Below, in pieces: positions 10,018 through 19,699 of a stretch of 64,000 nucleotides of DNA (the first letter of the stretch is position 1; each line of letters begins with the position of its first letter). The translations under genes and the position numbers were made by a program. Location: NCBI GenBank assembly GCA_963695095.1, contig CAVOFT010000001.1, positions 2,112,001 to 2,176,000 of the forward strand. The letters are read 5' to 3'. The notes beneath the pieces were generated by a model. It was not told where the DNA came from. It was given only the letters and a program-made list of their open reading frames with translations, and made no database searches. The stretch is from an uncultured bacterium. Lineage in GTDB: Bacteria > Krumholzibacteriota > Krumholzibacteriia > JACNKJ01.

Positions 10018-11091
10018 CTAGGCGTCCATGTTCACGAGCTCGCCGATCATGTGCTGAAGCTCCATGGCGTCGCGGCTGCGGCCCATGGCGTCCTCCAGGC
10101 TGATCTGACGGTTGACGTAGAGCTCGTAGAGGCTCTGGTTCATCGTCCGCATGCCGTACTTCTGACCGGCCTGCATCATCCCGTAGACCTGGTGCACCTT
10201 CCCCTCGCGGATGGCGCTCTTGATGGCCGGCGTGCAGACGAGCACCTCCGAGCAGAGGCAGCGGCCGCCGCCGCGGGCGAGCGGGATCAGCTCCTGCGTC
10301 AAGACGCCCTGGAGCACGAAGGCGAGCTGGGCCGTCACCTGGGCCTGCTGCGAGCTGGGAAAGATGTCGATCAGGCGGTGGATGCTCTCGTAGGCGCTGT
10401 TCGTGTGCAGGGTGGCCAGGCAAAGGTGGCCCGTCTCGGCGATGGTCAAGGCGGCCTGGACGGTCTCCAGGTCGCGCATTTCGCCGATCAGGATCACGTC
10501 CGGGTCCTGCCGCAGGACGTACTTGAGCGCGACCGAGAAGCTCTCCGTGTCGGCGCGCACTTCGCGCTGGTTGACGATGCAGCGCTTGTGCTGGTGCAGG
10601 TACTCGATCGGGTCTTCGATCGTGATGATGTGCCCGGCCCGGTTCTCGTTGATCCAGTTGACCATGCTGGCCAGCGTGGTGCTCTTGCCGCTGCCCGTGG
10701 GCCCGGTGACGAGCACGAGTCCCTGCGTGCGCTTGGCGAACTCGCCCACGGCCGCGGGCAGGCCGAGCTGGGCGAGGCTCTTGATCTCGAAGGGAATCTG
10801 CCGCACCGCCAGACTGACCACGCCGCGCTGCAGGAACACGTTCGAGCGGAAGCGCGACAGGTTGGGGATGCCGAAGGAGAAGTCCAGCTCGCGCGTCTTC
10901 TCGAAGCGCGAGCGCTGGTCCTCGTTCATGATGCTGTAGGCGAGCTTGCGCGCCATCTCGGGCGTCACCCGATCGTCGCCGAAGCGCATGATCTCGCCGT
11001 CCACGCGGAACATGGGTGGCAGACCGGCCGAGATGTGGAGGTCGCTCGCCCCCTTCTCGATCATCTGACCGAGTAGATCGCGCAGGTTCAT
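10018..11091 (-). CDS. pilT: Retraction ATPase PilT
   Basis: GASDLH, GPTGSGKST, TIEDPIE, LRQDPD, AETGH, TLHTN. Start ATG 11091 after GAGGTG. Confidence 0.95.
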   Translation of the reverse strand: MNLRDLLGQMIEKGASDLHISAGLPPMFRVDGEIMRFGDDRVTPEMARKLAYSIMNEDQRSRFEKTRELDFSFGIPNLSRFRSNVFLQRGVVSLAVRQIPFEIKSLAQLGLPAAVGEFAKRTQGLVLVTGPTGSGKSTTLASMVNWINENRAGHIITIEDPIEYLHQHKRCIVNQREVRADTESFSVALKYVLRQDPDVILIGEMRDLETVQAALTIAETGHLCLATLHTNSAYESIHRLIDIFPSSQQAQVTAQLAFVLQGVLTQELIPLARGGGRCLCSEVLVCTPAIKSAIREGKVHQVYGMMQAGQKYGMRTMNQSLYELYVNRQISLEDAMGRSRDAMELQHMIGELVNMDA

Positions 11092-11098
11092 GTTCACC

Positions 11099-12793
11099 TC
11101 AGTCAATGTTGGTCTCCCTCAGTACTTCCTCTAGAGTGGTCATGCCCTGGGCCATCTTCCACAGGGCGTCCTGCCGGAGCGTGATCATGCCGTCGCCGAT
11201 GGCGCGCTCGCGCAGCTCAGCCGTGGAGGCCCGGTCGAGCACCATCTCGCGCAGGGTGGGGGTCATCACCATCACCTCGTAGAGCCCGACGCGGCCGGCG
11301 TAGCCGCTGCCGCTGCAGCCGGGACAGCCGCTGCCCTTGTGCGGCTTCGCCGCGGCCGCGTCCTCCGGCGACATCCCCGCCTCCACGAGTACTTCGGCAT
11401 GCAGATCGATCGGCGCCTTGCACTTGCCGCAGATGCGCCGCACGAGGCGCTGGGCGAGGATCAGGCGCACGGAACTGGCCACGAGGAAGGGCTCGATGCC
11501 CATGTCCACCAGTCGGCCCACCGTGCTGGGCGCGTCGTTCGTGTGCACCGTCGAGAGCACCAGGTGCCCGGTGAGGGCGGCCTTGGTGGCGATGGAGGCC
11601 GTTTCCAGATCTCGGATCTCGCCCACCATCACGATGTTCGGGTCCTGGCGCAGGATGGAGCGCAGCGCGCCGGCGAAGGTCAGCCCCACCTCTTCGTTGA
11701 TCTGCACCTGGTTGATCCCGGGCAGGTTGTACTCGACCGGATCCTCGGTGGTGATGATGTTCACGCTCACCGTGTTGATCTTGGTGAGCGCCGAGTAGAG
11801 CGTGGTCGTCTTGCCGCTGCCGGTCGGGCCCGTCACCAGCACCATTCCGTAGGGGCTTTCCACTGCCTTGAGGAAGTCCGCCAGCGGCCGGTTCTGGAAG
11901 CCCAGCTTGTTGAGATCGACCTGCAGGTTGTCCTTGTCGAGAATGCGCATCACGATCTTCTCGTCGAAGATCGTCGGCAGCGTGCTCACGCGCATGTCGA
12001 TGTTGCGGCTGCCGATGCGCAGCTTGATGCGCCCGTCCTGGGGCACGCGGCGCTCGGCGATGTCCAGCTCGGCCATGATCTTGATGCGGCTGATGATCGC
12101 GCTCTTCAGCCGCGTCGGCGGGCTCATCATGTCGTGCAGCACGCCGTCGATGCGGTAGCGCACGCGCATGCTTTTCTCGTAGGGCTCGACGTGGATGTCG
12201 CTCGCCCCTCGCTGCACCGCGTCGGCCAGCAGACTGTTCACCAGCTTGACGACCGGGGCGGCCTGGCTCTCGGCCTCCAGCTCCCGCGTGTGCAGCATTT
12301 CCTCTTCGTCATCGATGACGTCGACGTCCTTGTCGATCTCCTTCATCATCTCGTCGAGGGTGCCCGCGCGGTCGTAGTAGCGGTCGATGGCGTCCTTGAT
12401 CGCCTGCTCGGGCGCCACCAAGGGCCGAATCTCCAGGCCCGTGTAGAACTTGAGATCATCGACCGCGAAGATGTTGTCGGGGTTCGCCATTGCCACATCC
12501 AGCACGCGGCCCTGGCGGCCGACGGGCACGAGCTGGAAGCGGGTGGCGATCTCCTCGGGGACCAGCTTGATGATCTCGGCGTCGATGCTCAGCCCGGGGA
12601 GGTCGATGGCCTGCACGCGATAGACGGAGGCGAGAAAATCGCGGAAGGCGGCTTCCTCGATGAAGCCGCTGGCGATGATGTGCTTGCTCAGCGAGCCGCC
12701 CTGGCGCTGATGCGCCTCGACGATGGCGCCCAGTTGCTCTGGCGTCAGCAGCCGGCTGGCCAGCAGCGCCTCGCTGAGTTTCTCGTTGCTCAC
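11099..12793 (-). CDS. pilB: Extension ATPase PilB
   Basis: ASDIHVEP, PQDGR, GPTGSGKTT, LRQDP and two CxxC zinc motifs. Start GTG 12793 after GGAGGA. Confidence 0.95.
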   Translation of the reverse strand: MSNEKLSEALLASRLLTPEQLGAIVEAHQRQGGSLSKHIIASGFIEEAAFRDFLASVYRVQAIDLPGLSIDAEIIKLVPEEIATRFQLVPVGRQGRVLDVAMANPDNIFAVDDLKFYTGLEIRPLVAPEQAIKDAIDRYYDRAGTLDEMMKEIDKDVDVIDDEEEMLHTRELEAESQAAPVVKLVNSLLADAVQRGASDIHVEPYEKSMRVRYRIDGVLHDMMSPPTRLKSAIISRIKIMAELDIAERRVPQDGRIKLRIGSRNIDMRVSTLPTIFDEKIVMRILDKDNLQVDLNKLGFQNRPLADFLKAVESPYGMVLVTGPTGSGKTTTLYSALTKINTVSVNIITTEDPVEYNLPGINQVQINEEVGLTFAGALRSILRQDPNIVMVGEIRDLETASIATKAALTGHLVLSTVHTNDAPSTVGRLVDMGIEPFLVASSVRLILAQRLVRRICGKCKAPIDLHAEVLVEAGMSPEDAAAAKPHKGSGCPGCSGSGYAGRVGLYEVMVMTPTLREMVLDRASTAELRERAIGDGMITLRQDALWKMAQGMTTLEEVLRETNID

Positions 12794-12844
12794 GGATCCT
12801 CCGGGGGACAGGCAGCCCGAGAGGGGTGCCGCCGCTCCGCTGGA

Positions 12845-12860
12845 GGCAACGCATATGCCA
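12845..12860 (-). promoter_or_regulatory. Sigma-54 promoter upstream of pilB
   Basis: Minus strand TGGCATATGCGTTGCC, about 50 nt upstream of the pilB start. Confidence 0.82.
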
Positions 12861-12979
12861 GGTGCGTTTAGCCCGCGGCTGTCCCGAGGAGGGCGCAAGG
12901 GGGGCCATGCTTCCCGGCCCGGCAGCAGCGATTGCAGGAGTATCGGCAAGCTGGGCCGGGGCGTGCCCTTTTGCGCGAC

Positions 12980-14767
12980 CTACTGGTCAAGATGCCAGTC
13001 GAGACCGAGGCGCAGGGAGGCAGGCGGGATGGGAAAGCCGGGCAATTCCTCACCCGGCCGATCGAGGGCATTGGTGACGCGCAGCCAGAAGCGGGCGTCG
13101 ATGACCTGCAGTTCCACGCCGAGGTCCACGGTGGCGAGTTCGCCGTGATCGCTGCGCCCCGCCCGCAGCTCGACGCCGCCCGTCAAGCCGAGCCGCGCAT
13201 CGGCGGCGAAGAAGGGCCGCATCAAGTGCAGCTCGCCGCGCGCGGTGTAGGGATAGAAACTCCCCGCCGTCGCCGCCTGCCCCTGCCGCTCGGCGCGCAG
13301 GCTGCTCGTCGCCTTCAGCTCGCCGCCGAAACCCAGGAGCCGCGCGCCGAGGATGAGGTCCAGCGAGCGGCGATCCGACGCCGCCAGAGAGCGCCAGGCA
13401 TAGCCCTCATCAGAGGCCTGGGCAAACCAGTCCTGCCCCCCCCGCTCGGCGGCGGCGACGAGCCGGATCCAGCCGCGCTCGCCCCGCCGCGCCAGCGCAA
13501 CGATGGCCCTGAGCAGCGGCTGGGCCTCGGTCGCGGGCACGCCCGGCGTGCCGAGCCCCGCCGGCCACAGGCCGATGCCGGCGATGCGCTCGCGCTCCCA
13601 GGCCGTCGTCTCGGCGCCGCCGGCGAGGGCTGCGCTCAGCTCCGCGCCCGAGCGGGGCAGGCGCCAGCGCAGGCCGGCCTCGCCCGCCAGCTCACCGCGC
13701 CGCTCGGTCTCGGCCTCCAGCCGCAGGCCGGCGTTGAGATCGAGGGCGGGGCTCGCCGCGCCCCGCCAGCTGGCGCCCAGCCAGAGCCCTGCCGGCCGCG
13801 GCAGCGCCGCGGGGGCCGGATCGCTTCTGAAGCCGAGCTGATGGCGCTGGGCCCCGGCCGCGAGTCGCCAGCCGCCGGCCAGGCTGTCCGAGCCCCAGGC
13901 CCAGCGCAGGGCGACACTGGCCGCGCTCGCGCGGCCGTCGACGCTGCGCCGCTCGAGAAAGCGCTGCTCCAGCCGCAGCTCCCCCAGCGGCGAGGCGGGC
14001 AGGGCGAGGGCGAAGCGCGTCTGCTCGCGATACCAGGCGTCCCGCCGCGTGCCGCTGCGGTCCAGGTGCCAGCTGCTCTGATCGAGCGCGAAGCTCAGGG
14101 GTCCGGCGCTGCCGCCGGCCAGCTCCAGCCGCGTGGCCAGGGAGCGACGGCGGCTGAGCGTGACCTCCGGATCCGCCGCGAGGAACACGGGCTCGCCGTT
14201 CCAGACGGCGCTGAAGGGATAGCCGTCGCTGAAGACCTCGTCCAGGCCCACGCTGAGAGCCAGGTCCCCCGGCGGCGTGGCGAAGGCGAGGTGCCGGCCC
14301 CGTTCGGCGAAGCGGCCCCGCGAGAGCTGGATGCGCGTCGTCACCTTGGGCTCGCTGGGGCGGCGCGTCGTCACGCGGATGAGGCCGGCGATCGCGGCCG
14401 TGCCGAACTCGGCCGTCTGTGGCGTCAACTCCACCGACACCGATTCGACGAGCGACATCGGCAGCTCCTCGGCGAGCAGCTCGCCGGTCCAGGGGTCGCG
14501 CCAGGGCTCCCCGTCCACGACGAGCAGCAGCTCGCCCGGCCGCGCGGCGCCGGCCCGCGCGCGCCAGGGCAGTCCGGGCGCGCCCTGCCGCTCCACGACG
14601 AGCAGGGGGCAGGCGCGCAGCACCTCCTCGAGGGTCTCCGCGTGCAGGCGGCGCAGGGCATCGCCGGCCAGTTCCCAGCGCTGGGCGCTGGCGGGAGTCG
14701 CCCCCAGCGCCAGAGCGATCAGCAGGGCGAGGCCGAGCCCGGCCCGGGCGCGAGGGCGCTCAAGCAT
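12980..14767 (-). CDS. TonB-dependent-receptor-like outer membrane protein (plug plus barrel)
   Basis: Signal peptide, plug-like LVVDG..VESVSV..FGTAAIAGLIRVTT, amphipathic beta strands and a C-terminal LRLGLDW strand. Confidence 0.7.
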   Translation of the reverse strand: MLERPRARAGLGLALLIALALGATPASAQRWELAGDALRRLHAETLEEVLRACPLLVVERQGAPGLPWRARAGAARPGELLLVVDGEPWRDPWTGELLAEELPMSLVESVSVELTPQTAEFGTAAIAGLIRVTTRRPSEPKVTTRIQLSRGRFAERGRHLAFATPPGDLALSVGLDEVFSDGYPFSAVWNGEPVFLAADPEVTLSRRRSLATRLELAGGSAGPLSFALDQSSWHLDRSGTRRDAWYREQTRFALALPASPLGELRLEQRFLERRSVDGRASAASVALRWAWGSDSLAGGWRLAAGAQRHQLGFRSDPAPAALPRPAGLWLGASWRGAASPALDLNAGLRLEAETERRGELAGEAGLRWRLPRSGAELSAALAGGAETTAWERERIAGIGLWPAGLGTPGVPATEAQPLLRAIVALARRGERGWIRLVAAAERGGQDWFAQASDEGYAWRSLAASDRRSLDLILGARLLGFGGELKATSSLRAERQGQAATAGSFYPYTARGELHLMRPFFAADARLGLTGGVELRAGRSDHGELATVDLGVELQVIDARFWLRVTNALDRPGEELPGFPIPPASLRLGLDWHLDQ

Positions 14768-15302
14768 GGGCGGGCTCCGGTCCGCCGGCCAGGCGAGCCG
14801 CCTGCCGCCGGAGCGGCTCGGTGCAGGTCGCGAAGACGATGAGATTCACGGCCAGCGAGCCGGCGGTCATCAGGACGCCAAGCGCGGCCCAGCCCTCCCA
14901 GGCGCCCCCGGCGATGACGAGGAAGGCGAGGCTGGGCAGCCCCGGCAGCGCCAGCGCCGCCAGCAGCGCGAAGGGCAGGAGCAGCAGACGCCGAAGCCCC
15001 CCGCCTCCGCGTGCCGGGGTCAGCAGCCGGGCATAGAGCGCCCCGAGGCCGGCGATGAGGAGCCCCGCCAGGAGCTGGGCGGCGAAGAGCAGCGGCAGGG
15101 CCAGGCTCGAGCCATAGGGGTTGAGGCCGTAGTAGAGGGCGATGGCCAGGAGCGCGGCGCCGGCGCCGTCCCGCCAGCCGAGCAGGCAGCCCGCCATGAA
15201 GAGACTGAAGGTGACGAGCTCGACATTGGGGATGGGAGCGAAGAGGAAGCCGAGCGAGGCGGCCAGGGCGGCGAAGAGCGCAATGCGAACGGTGCGGCGC
15301 AC
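14760..15302 (-). CDS. Solitary ECF transporter S-component (CbrT/BtuM-like, substrate uncertain)
   Basis: 180 aa, highly hydrophobic, AxxxA in TM1 followed by IPNVE; overlaps the receptor-like gene. Confidence 0.7.
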   Translation of the reverse strand: MRRTVRIALFAALAASLGFLFAPIPNVELVTFSLFMAGCLLGWRDGAGAALLAIALYYGLNPYGSSLALPLLFAAQLLAGLLIAGLGALYARLLTPARGGGGLRRLLLLPFALLAALALPGLPSLAFLVIAGGAWEGWAALGVLMTAGSLAVNLIVFATCTEPLRRQAARLAGGPEPAHA

Positions 15303-15367
15303 CCGGACTCCTCCTGCTCCTCCTCACACTACAGGGCGAGGGACGGCGGCCAGAACGCCCGGCGACC

Positions 15368-16231
15368 TTAGCCCAAGCCCTGGGGGCGGTCAAGGCGCGC
15401 CCCCGGCGGCCGCAGCGCGCGCAGCGCGGCCAGCGTGCTGCCCGCGACGCCCTCGGCGCCGAGCTCGCGGTTCGCGCTGCCCGGCTGATGGAAGTCGCTG
15501 CCGCCGGTGGCCAGCAGCCCCCAGCGCTTGCACTGCGCGCGCAGGCGCGCGCGTTCGGGCACGGACTGCTTGGGGTGGTCCACCTCCAGACCCTTGAGGC
15601 CCAGCGCGATGAAGCGGGGAAGCTGGGGCTCGTAGTCGCAGAGGGCCGGGTGGGCCAGCACCGGCACGGCGCCGTGGCTGGCCATCAGCGCGAAGCCGCG
15701 CTCGGGATCCATCAGCTGCTTGGGCTCGTAGGCCGGCCCCTCGTCGCCGATGTAGCGCTCGAAGGCCTCCTCGAGGCTGTCCACGTCGCCGCGGGCGATG
15801 AGGGCCTTGGCCACATGCGGGCGGCCCGGATTGCCGCCATCGGCCTGGGCCAGCACGTCGGCCAGCTCCACCGCGCAGCCCAGGGCGCGCAGCTTGGCGA
15901 CCATGCGCTCCGCCCGCGCGTGACGCATCCCCCGCAGCTCGGCGAGCACGGCGCGTAGCTCGACGCTCTCATGGTCGATCCAGTAGCCGAGCAGGTGGAC
16001 GTCGCGCGAGGCGACCTGCAGGCTGAGTTCGATGCCGGGGATCAGCTCGAGCCCGAGGCGCTCGGCCTCGCCCAGGGCCTCGGCGACGCCGTCGACGCTG
16101 TCGTGATCGGTGAGGGCCAGGCCGTCCAGACCCGCGAGCTGGGCGCGGCGGACCAGGGCCGCCGGCGCCAGCACGCCGTCAGAGGCGTTGCTGTGGCTGT
16201 GCAAGTCGTAGCGCAGGATGGGCCTCCTCAC
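15368..16231 (-). CDS. PHP-domain phosphoesterase (TrpH/YciV family)
   Basis: DLHSHSNASDG, ALTDHD, GIELS, HLLGY, GRPH, LAHP, GGSDFH. Confidence 0.92.
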   Translation of the reverse strand: MRRPILRYDLHSHSNASDGVLAPAALVRRAQLAGLDGLALTDHDSVDGVAEALGEAERLGLELIPGIELSLQVASRDVHLLGYWIDHESVELRAVLAELRGMRHARAERMVAKLRALGCAVELADVLAQADGGNPGRPHVAKALIARGDVDSLEEAFERYIGDEGPAYEPKQLMDPERGFALMASHGAVPVLAHPALCDYEPQLPRFIALGLKGLEVDHPKQSVPERARLRAQCKRWGLLATGGSDFHQPGSANRELGAEGVAGSTLAALRALRPPGARLDRPQGLG

Positions 16232-16255
16232 CGGGCGGGGCGAGGAGGCAGCCTA

Positions 16256-18169
16256 CTAGGCGTTGGTGAGCTTGGCAAGCCTGGCCTGGACATCCCGGAA
16301 TTCGCCATCGAGCTGATAGACCTTCGTGAAGGCGTCCAGGGCCAGGTCCCAGGCCTTGAGCAGCTCGTAGGCCTGGCCCAGCATATAGTAGAGCTCGACC
16401 ATCGACTTGCGGGGATAGGTCTCGGCATCGAGGCGGGTCTGCAGGAGCAACACGATCTCGCGGGGACGCTCGAGCTCGAGCAGGCAGCGCGCCATCCACT
16501 CGCGGGTCTTCTGGCCCAGGACCTTGTGCTCGAGCGTGTGCTCGAACTCCTCGAGCGCCTCCTCGTAGAGGCCCATCTCCATGTAGGAGACGCCGAGCTG
16601 GTAGCGCTCCTCCGGCGCCATCGAGCCCATCTGCTCCTTCATGCGCCGCTTGAATTCGCCGAGCACTTCGTCGATGTCGTCGGTCTGCAGCGCTTCGCCG
16701 GCCGTGGTCGAGAGTCCGAAGCTGAAGTGGCCCTCGCCGGCGCGCGTGTCCAGGTCGATGCTCCGGCGCCGCTCCCGGGGCGGCTCCGGAGCCGGAGGCT
16801 CGCCTTGCGCAGCGCCCGCCCCGGGCGAACCGCCGGCGCGCTCCCGCCCCTGCACGCCCGTTTCCCAGTTCCCGTCCGCCACGCGCAGGCTCTCTTCGAC
16901 GGATGCCAATTCCAGGACCGGCGCCGCGCGCTCCACCGGATCCGGCCGCGGCGGCGGCGGAGCCGCCGGCGGCAGGGCCGCCTGCGACGACGCTTCCTGC
17001 GGCGCCGGCGTCTCGACCAGGAGCTCCACGGCGGTCTCGACGTTGAGCTGGGAGCTGAGATCCTCGGCGATCTGCTGCGTGGTCAGCAGTTCCTCGATGT
17101 CGCCCTTCGCGCTCAGCACCTCGACATCGGGCAGGTCCCCCCGCAGCTGCTCCAGCATGGAGGCGGCCAGGGCCGCCGCCTCGGCATCCAGTTCCCGATC
17201 CGATTCCAGCGCCGCAGCGGACTCGGGCTCGGGCAGGGATTCCTCGGCTGGCTCGCTTCGCAGTTCAGGCTGGAGGGGGACCGGCGAAGCGGCGGACGGC
17301 GTGGAGACCGTGAAGGCCTCGAAGCCCTCGTCCCCAGCGTTGCTCGGCGCGCTGGCCTCTGGTGCCGGGGTCGGCTGAGGACCGGGCTCGCCCGGCCGGG
17401 TGATCATCAGCCGCTCGATGTCTTCGGGCCGCGCCCTGAGCATGGGCGGCCGCGTACTCGGCTCGAGCTGGGCGGCCGGCAGAGCCGGCTCCTTCGCGGT
17501 GCTCGCGGGCGGCGCCGCGGCAGCCGGGGCCGCGGGGGGCGTCTCGGCCGGCGGCGTCGCCGACGCGGCCGCGGGCTCGAAGTCCCGCGCCAGCCGGCGT
17601 AGCTTCTCGGCCTCCTCCCGCCGGCCTTCGCCCTCCTCGAGATCGGCCAGGCGCAGCGTGGCGCGCCGCGCGCAGGCCTGCTCGCCCAGGCGACCGTAGC
17701 TGGCGGCGACGAACTCCAGGACAGGCTGGCTGCTGGCCTGCAGGGTCTCGGCCTGCTCGAGCAGTTCGAGCAGGGACTTGCGGGCGTAGCCCGTGTCCTC
17801 GCCGAAGAGGCGCAGGGCCTCGAGCATCTTCTCGGCGCCGTCGGCGAGGAAGCCCTGGCGCGTCTTGAGTTCGCCCAGCACCCAGATGGCCTCGCGCTGC
17901 TCCGGCTCCAGGCGCAGGACCTTTTTGCAGAGGGCCGCGCCGTTGCCGTACATTCCCAGCTCGCGGTAGGCATGAATGCCCCGCATGAAGCTGGTGATGG
18001 CTTCGCCCTGGCGGCCGGACTTCAGGAGGATATCGCCGATCTGGTTGTGATAGGCGGGCTGGGACTCCTCGACGCTGACGAGCTTTTCGAGCACGGCCAA
18101 CGCATCGTCCCAGGAGGATTCCTGGAGAGCCAAGCTCAGGTTGCGCTTCAACTCCTGGATGCGGCTCAA
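16256..18169 (-). CDS. Long TPR protein with an acidic Pro/Ala linker (SgmX/FimV-like architecture)
   Basis: N-terminal TPRs, a low-complexity PAE-rich middle and C-terminal TPRs starting RYQLGVSYMEMGLYEEA. Start TTG 18169 after AAAGGAG. Confidence 0.8.
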   Translation of the reverse strand: MSRIQELKRNLSLALQESSWDDALAVLEKLVSVEESQPAYHNQIGDILLKSGRQGEAITSFMRGIHAYRELGMYGNGAALCKKVLRLEPEQREAIWVLGELKTRQGFLADGAEKMLEALRLFGEDTGYARKSLLELLEQAETLQASSQPVLEFVAASYGRLGEQACARRATLRLADLEEGEGRREEAEKLRRLARDFEPAAASATPPAETPPAAPAAAAPPASTAKEPALPAAQLEPSTRPPMLRARPEDIERLMITRPGEPGPQPTPAPEASAPSNAGDEGFEAFTVSTPSAASPVPLQPELRSEPAEESLPEPESAAALESDRELDAEAAALAASMLEQLRGDLPDVEVLSAKGDIEELLTTQQIAEDLSSQLNVETAVELLVETPAPQEASSQAALPPAAPPPPRPDPVERAAPVLELASVEESLRVADGNWETGVQGRERAGGSPGAGAAQGEPPAPEPPRERRRSIDLDTRAGEGHFSFGLSTTAGEALQTDDIDEVLGEFKRRMKEQMGSMAPEERYQLGVSYMEMGLYEEALEEFEHTLEHKVLGQKTREWMARCLLELERPREIVLLLQTRLDAETYPRKSMVELYYMLGQAYELLKAWDLALDAFTKVYQLDGEFRDVQARLAKLTNA

Positions 18170-18228
18170 GGGCTCTCCTTTCCCGAGCACAGGAACCCCC
18201 GCCCTAAGCAAGAGGTCGCCGCCGAGTC

Positions 18229-18244
18229 AGCAAGGGCTATTCCA
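18229..18244 (-). promoter_or_regulatory. Sigma-54 promoter upstream of the TPR gene
   Basis: Minus strand TGGAATAGCCCTTGCT (GG-N10-GC, TTGC), 60 nt upstream of the start. Confidence 0.75.
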
Positions 18245-18365
18245 GGGAGGCCATTGCGTTACGATCCTCCAACATGAGCCTTGAACCGGGATTAGGCACA
18301 CGCAGCGGGGATCGGGCCGCCCTTTCCGTCATCTGCAGGACGCTAGAATCTGCCCGGTTGCTTGC

Positions 18366-18399
18366 AAAATGGGTGACTCGTTCGAACGAGATTACACCC
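18366..18399 (-). terminator. Putative terminator or palindromic site after hutI
   Basis: Minus strand GGGTG..CTCGTTCGAACGAG.CACCC-ATTTT directly after the hutI stop; includes a perfect 14 bp palindrome at 18377-18390. Confidence 0.5.
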
Positions 18400-18400
18400 C

Positions 18401-19699
18401 TCAGAGGGGACGATCCCGCAGGGTCTCGGCAGGGAAGTCCAGGATTTGCCCGCCGGCGGCGACGAGGCGGGGCGATGCAAAGCCGAGGTGATAGGGCAGC
18501 TCGCGCAGATCGGCGGCATCGTGGAGGATGAAGTCCGCGCGCTTGCCGGGCACGAGGCTGCCCGTGGCCTCCCCCTCGCCGCAGGCCCAGGCCGCATTGT
18601 GGGTGGCCGCACAGAGGGCCTCGGCCGGCCTCAGGCGCAGGGCGCTCGCGGCCAGCGACAGCACGAGGCCCATGGATTCACAGCAGCTCGAGCCCGGGTT
18701 GTAGTCCGTGGCCAGGGCGAGGGCCACCCCCGCATCCACGAGGCGACGGGCCGGCGCGAACTGCGTGCTCGCCAGGCCCAGGCTGGTCGCCGGCAGCATC
18801 ACGGCCACGGTCGGCGAGGCCGCCAGCGCGGCGATATCCCGCTCGGCCATGACGATCAGGTGGTCGGCGCTGACCGCCCCCAGGCGCGCCCCGAGGGCGG
18901 CGCCGCCGTAGCCCGGGGCGATCTCGTCGGCGTGGATCTTCAGCCCGAGCCCCAGCGCGCGCGCCGCCGCCAGGATGCGCTCGCTGTCCTCGAGCGTGAA
19001 GACGCCAGGCTCGCAGAAGACGTCGGCGAAGCGGGCGATGCCCTGCTCGGCTACCGCCGGCAGCCAGGCGCTGACGATCTCCTCCACGAAGGCCGCATGG
19101 TCTCCCCGCCTGGCCGGGGGGATCTCGTGGGCGCCCAGGAAGGTGGGGACGAGCGTGGCCGGCAGTTCCTCGGCGAGGGCCGCGATCAGGCGCAGTGCCC
19201 TCAGTTCTTGCTCGAGGTCCAGGCCGTAACCCGTTTTCACTTCTATGGTCGCGCTACCGGACGCCATCATGCGCTTCAGGCGGGGTCGGCTCAGCGCGAG
19301 CAGCTCCGCGTCCGAGCGGGCGCGGAAGTCGGCGACGCTGGCGTGGATGCCGCCCCCGGCTGCAGCGATCTCCATGTAGGGAAGGCCGGCCACGCGCTGG
19401 GCGAACTCGTCGGCCCGATAGCGGCCGAAGAGGGCGTGGGTGTGCGGATCGACATAGGCCGGGGTGACGAGGGCGCCGCCGGCGTCGATCTCCCGGCAGC
19501 CCGGTCCCGGGGCCAAGGTGGCCAGCACGGCGGCTTCGGGCCCGGCCGCCAGGATGCGGCCTCCGCCCACGGCAAGGGCGCCGCCGGTCACGAGCCCGGC
19601 ATCGTCCAGGGCCGCGCCCCGGCGCGGGCCGGCAGGTCCGGCCAGGGTGGCGAGCTGGCCGATGCCCCGGATCAGCAGCTCCGCCTTCATCGGCGTCAC
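18401..19699 (-). CDS. hutI: Imidazolonepropionase
   Basis: [41 protein letters not shown]. Start GTG 19699 (overlaps the hutU stop) or ATG 19690. Confidence 0.95.
   Translation of the reverse strand: MTPMKAELLIRGIGQLATLAGPAGPRRGAALDDAGLVTGGALAVGGGRILAAGPEAAVLATLAPGPGCREIDAGGALVTPAYVDPHTHALFGRYRADEFAQRVAGLPYMEIAAAGGGIHASVADFRARSDAELLALSRPRLKRMMASGSATIEVKTGYGLDLEQELRALRLIAALAEELPATLVPTFLGAHEIPPARRGDHAAFVEEIVSAWLPAVAEQGIARFADVFCEPGVFTLEDSERILAAARALGLGLKIHADEIAPGYGGAALGARLGAVSADHLIVMAERDIAALAASPTVAVMLPATSLGLASTQFAPARRLVDAGVALALATDYNPGSSCCESMGLVLSLAASALRLRPAEALCAATHNAAWACGEGEATGSLVPGKRADFILHDAADLRELPYHLGFASPRLVAAGGQILDFPAETLRDRPL

Noticed and set aside
16750..17600. Repeat array in the TPR gene linker
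   Set aside because: Low-complexity Pro/Ala/Glu coding sequence with no discrete repeat unit or spacers.
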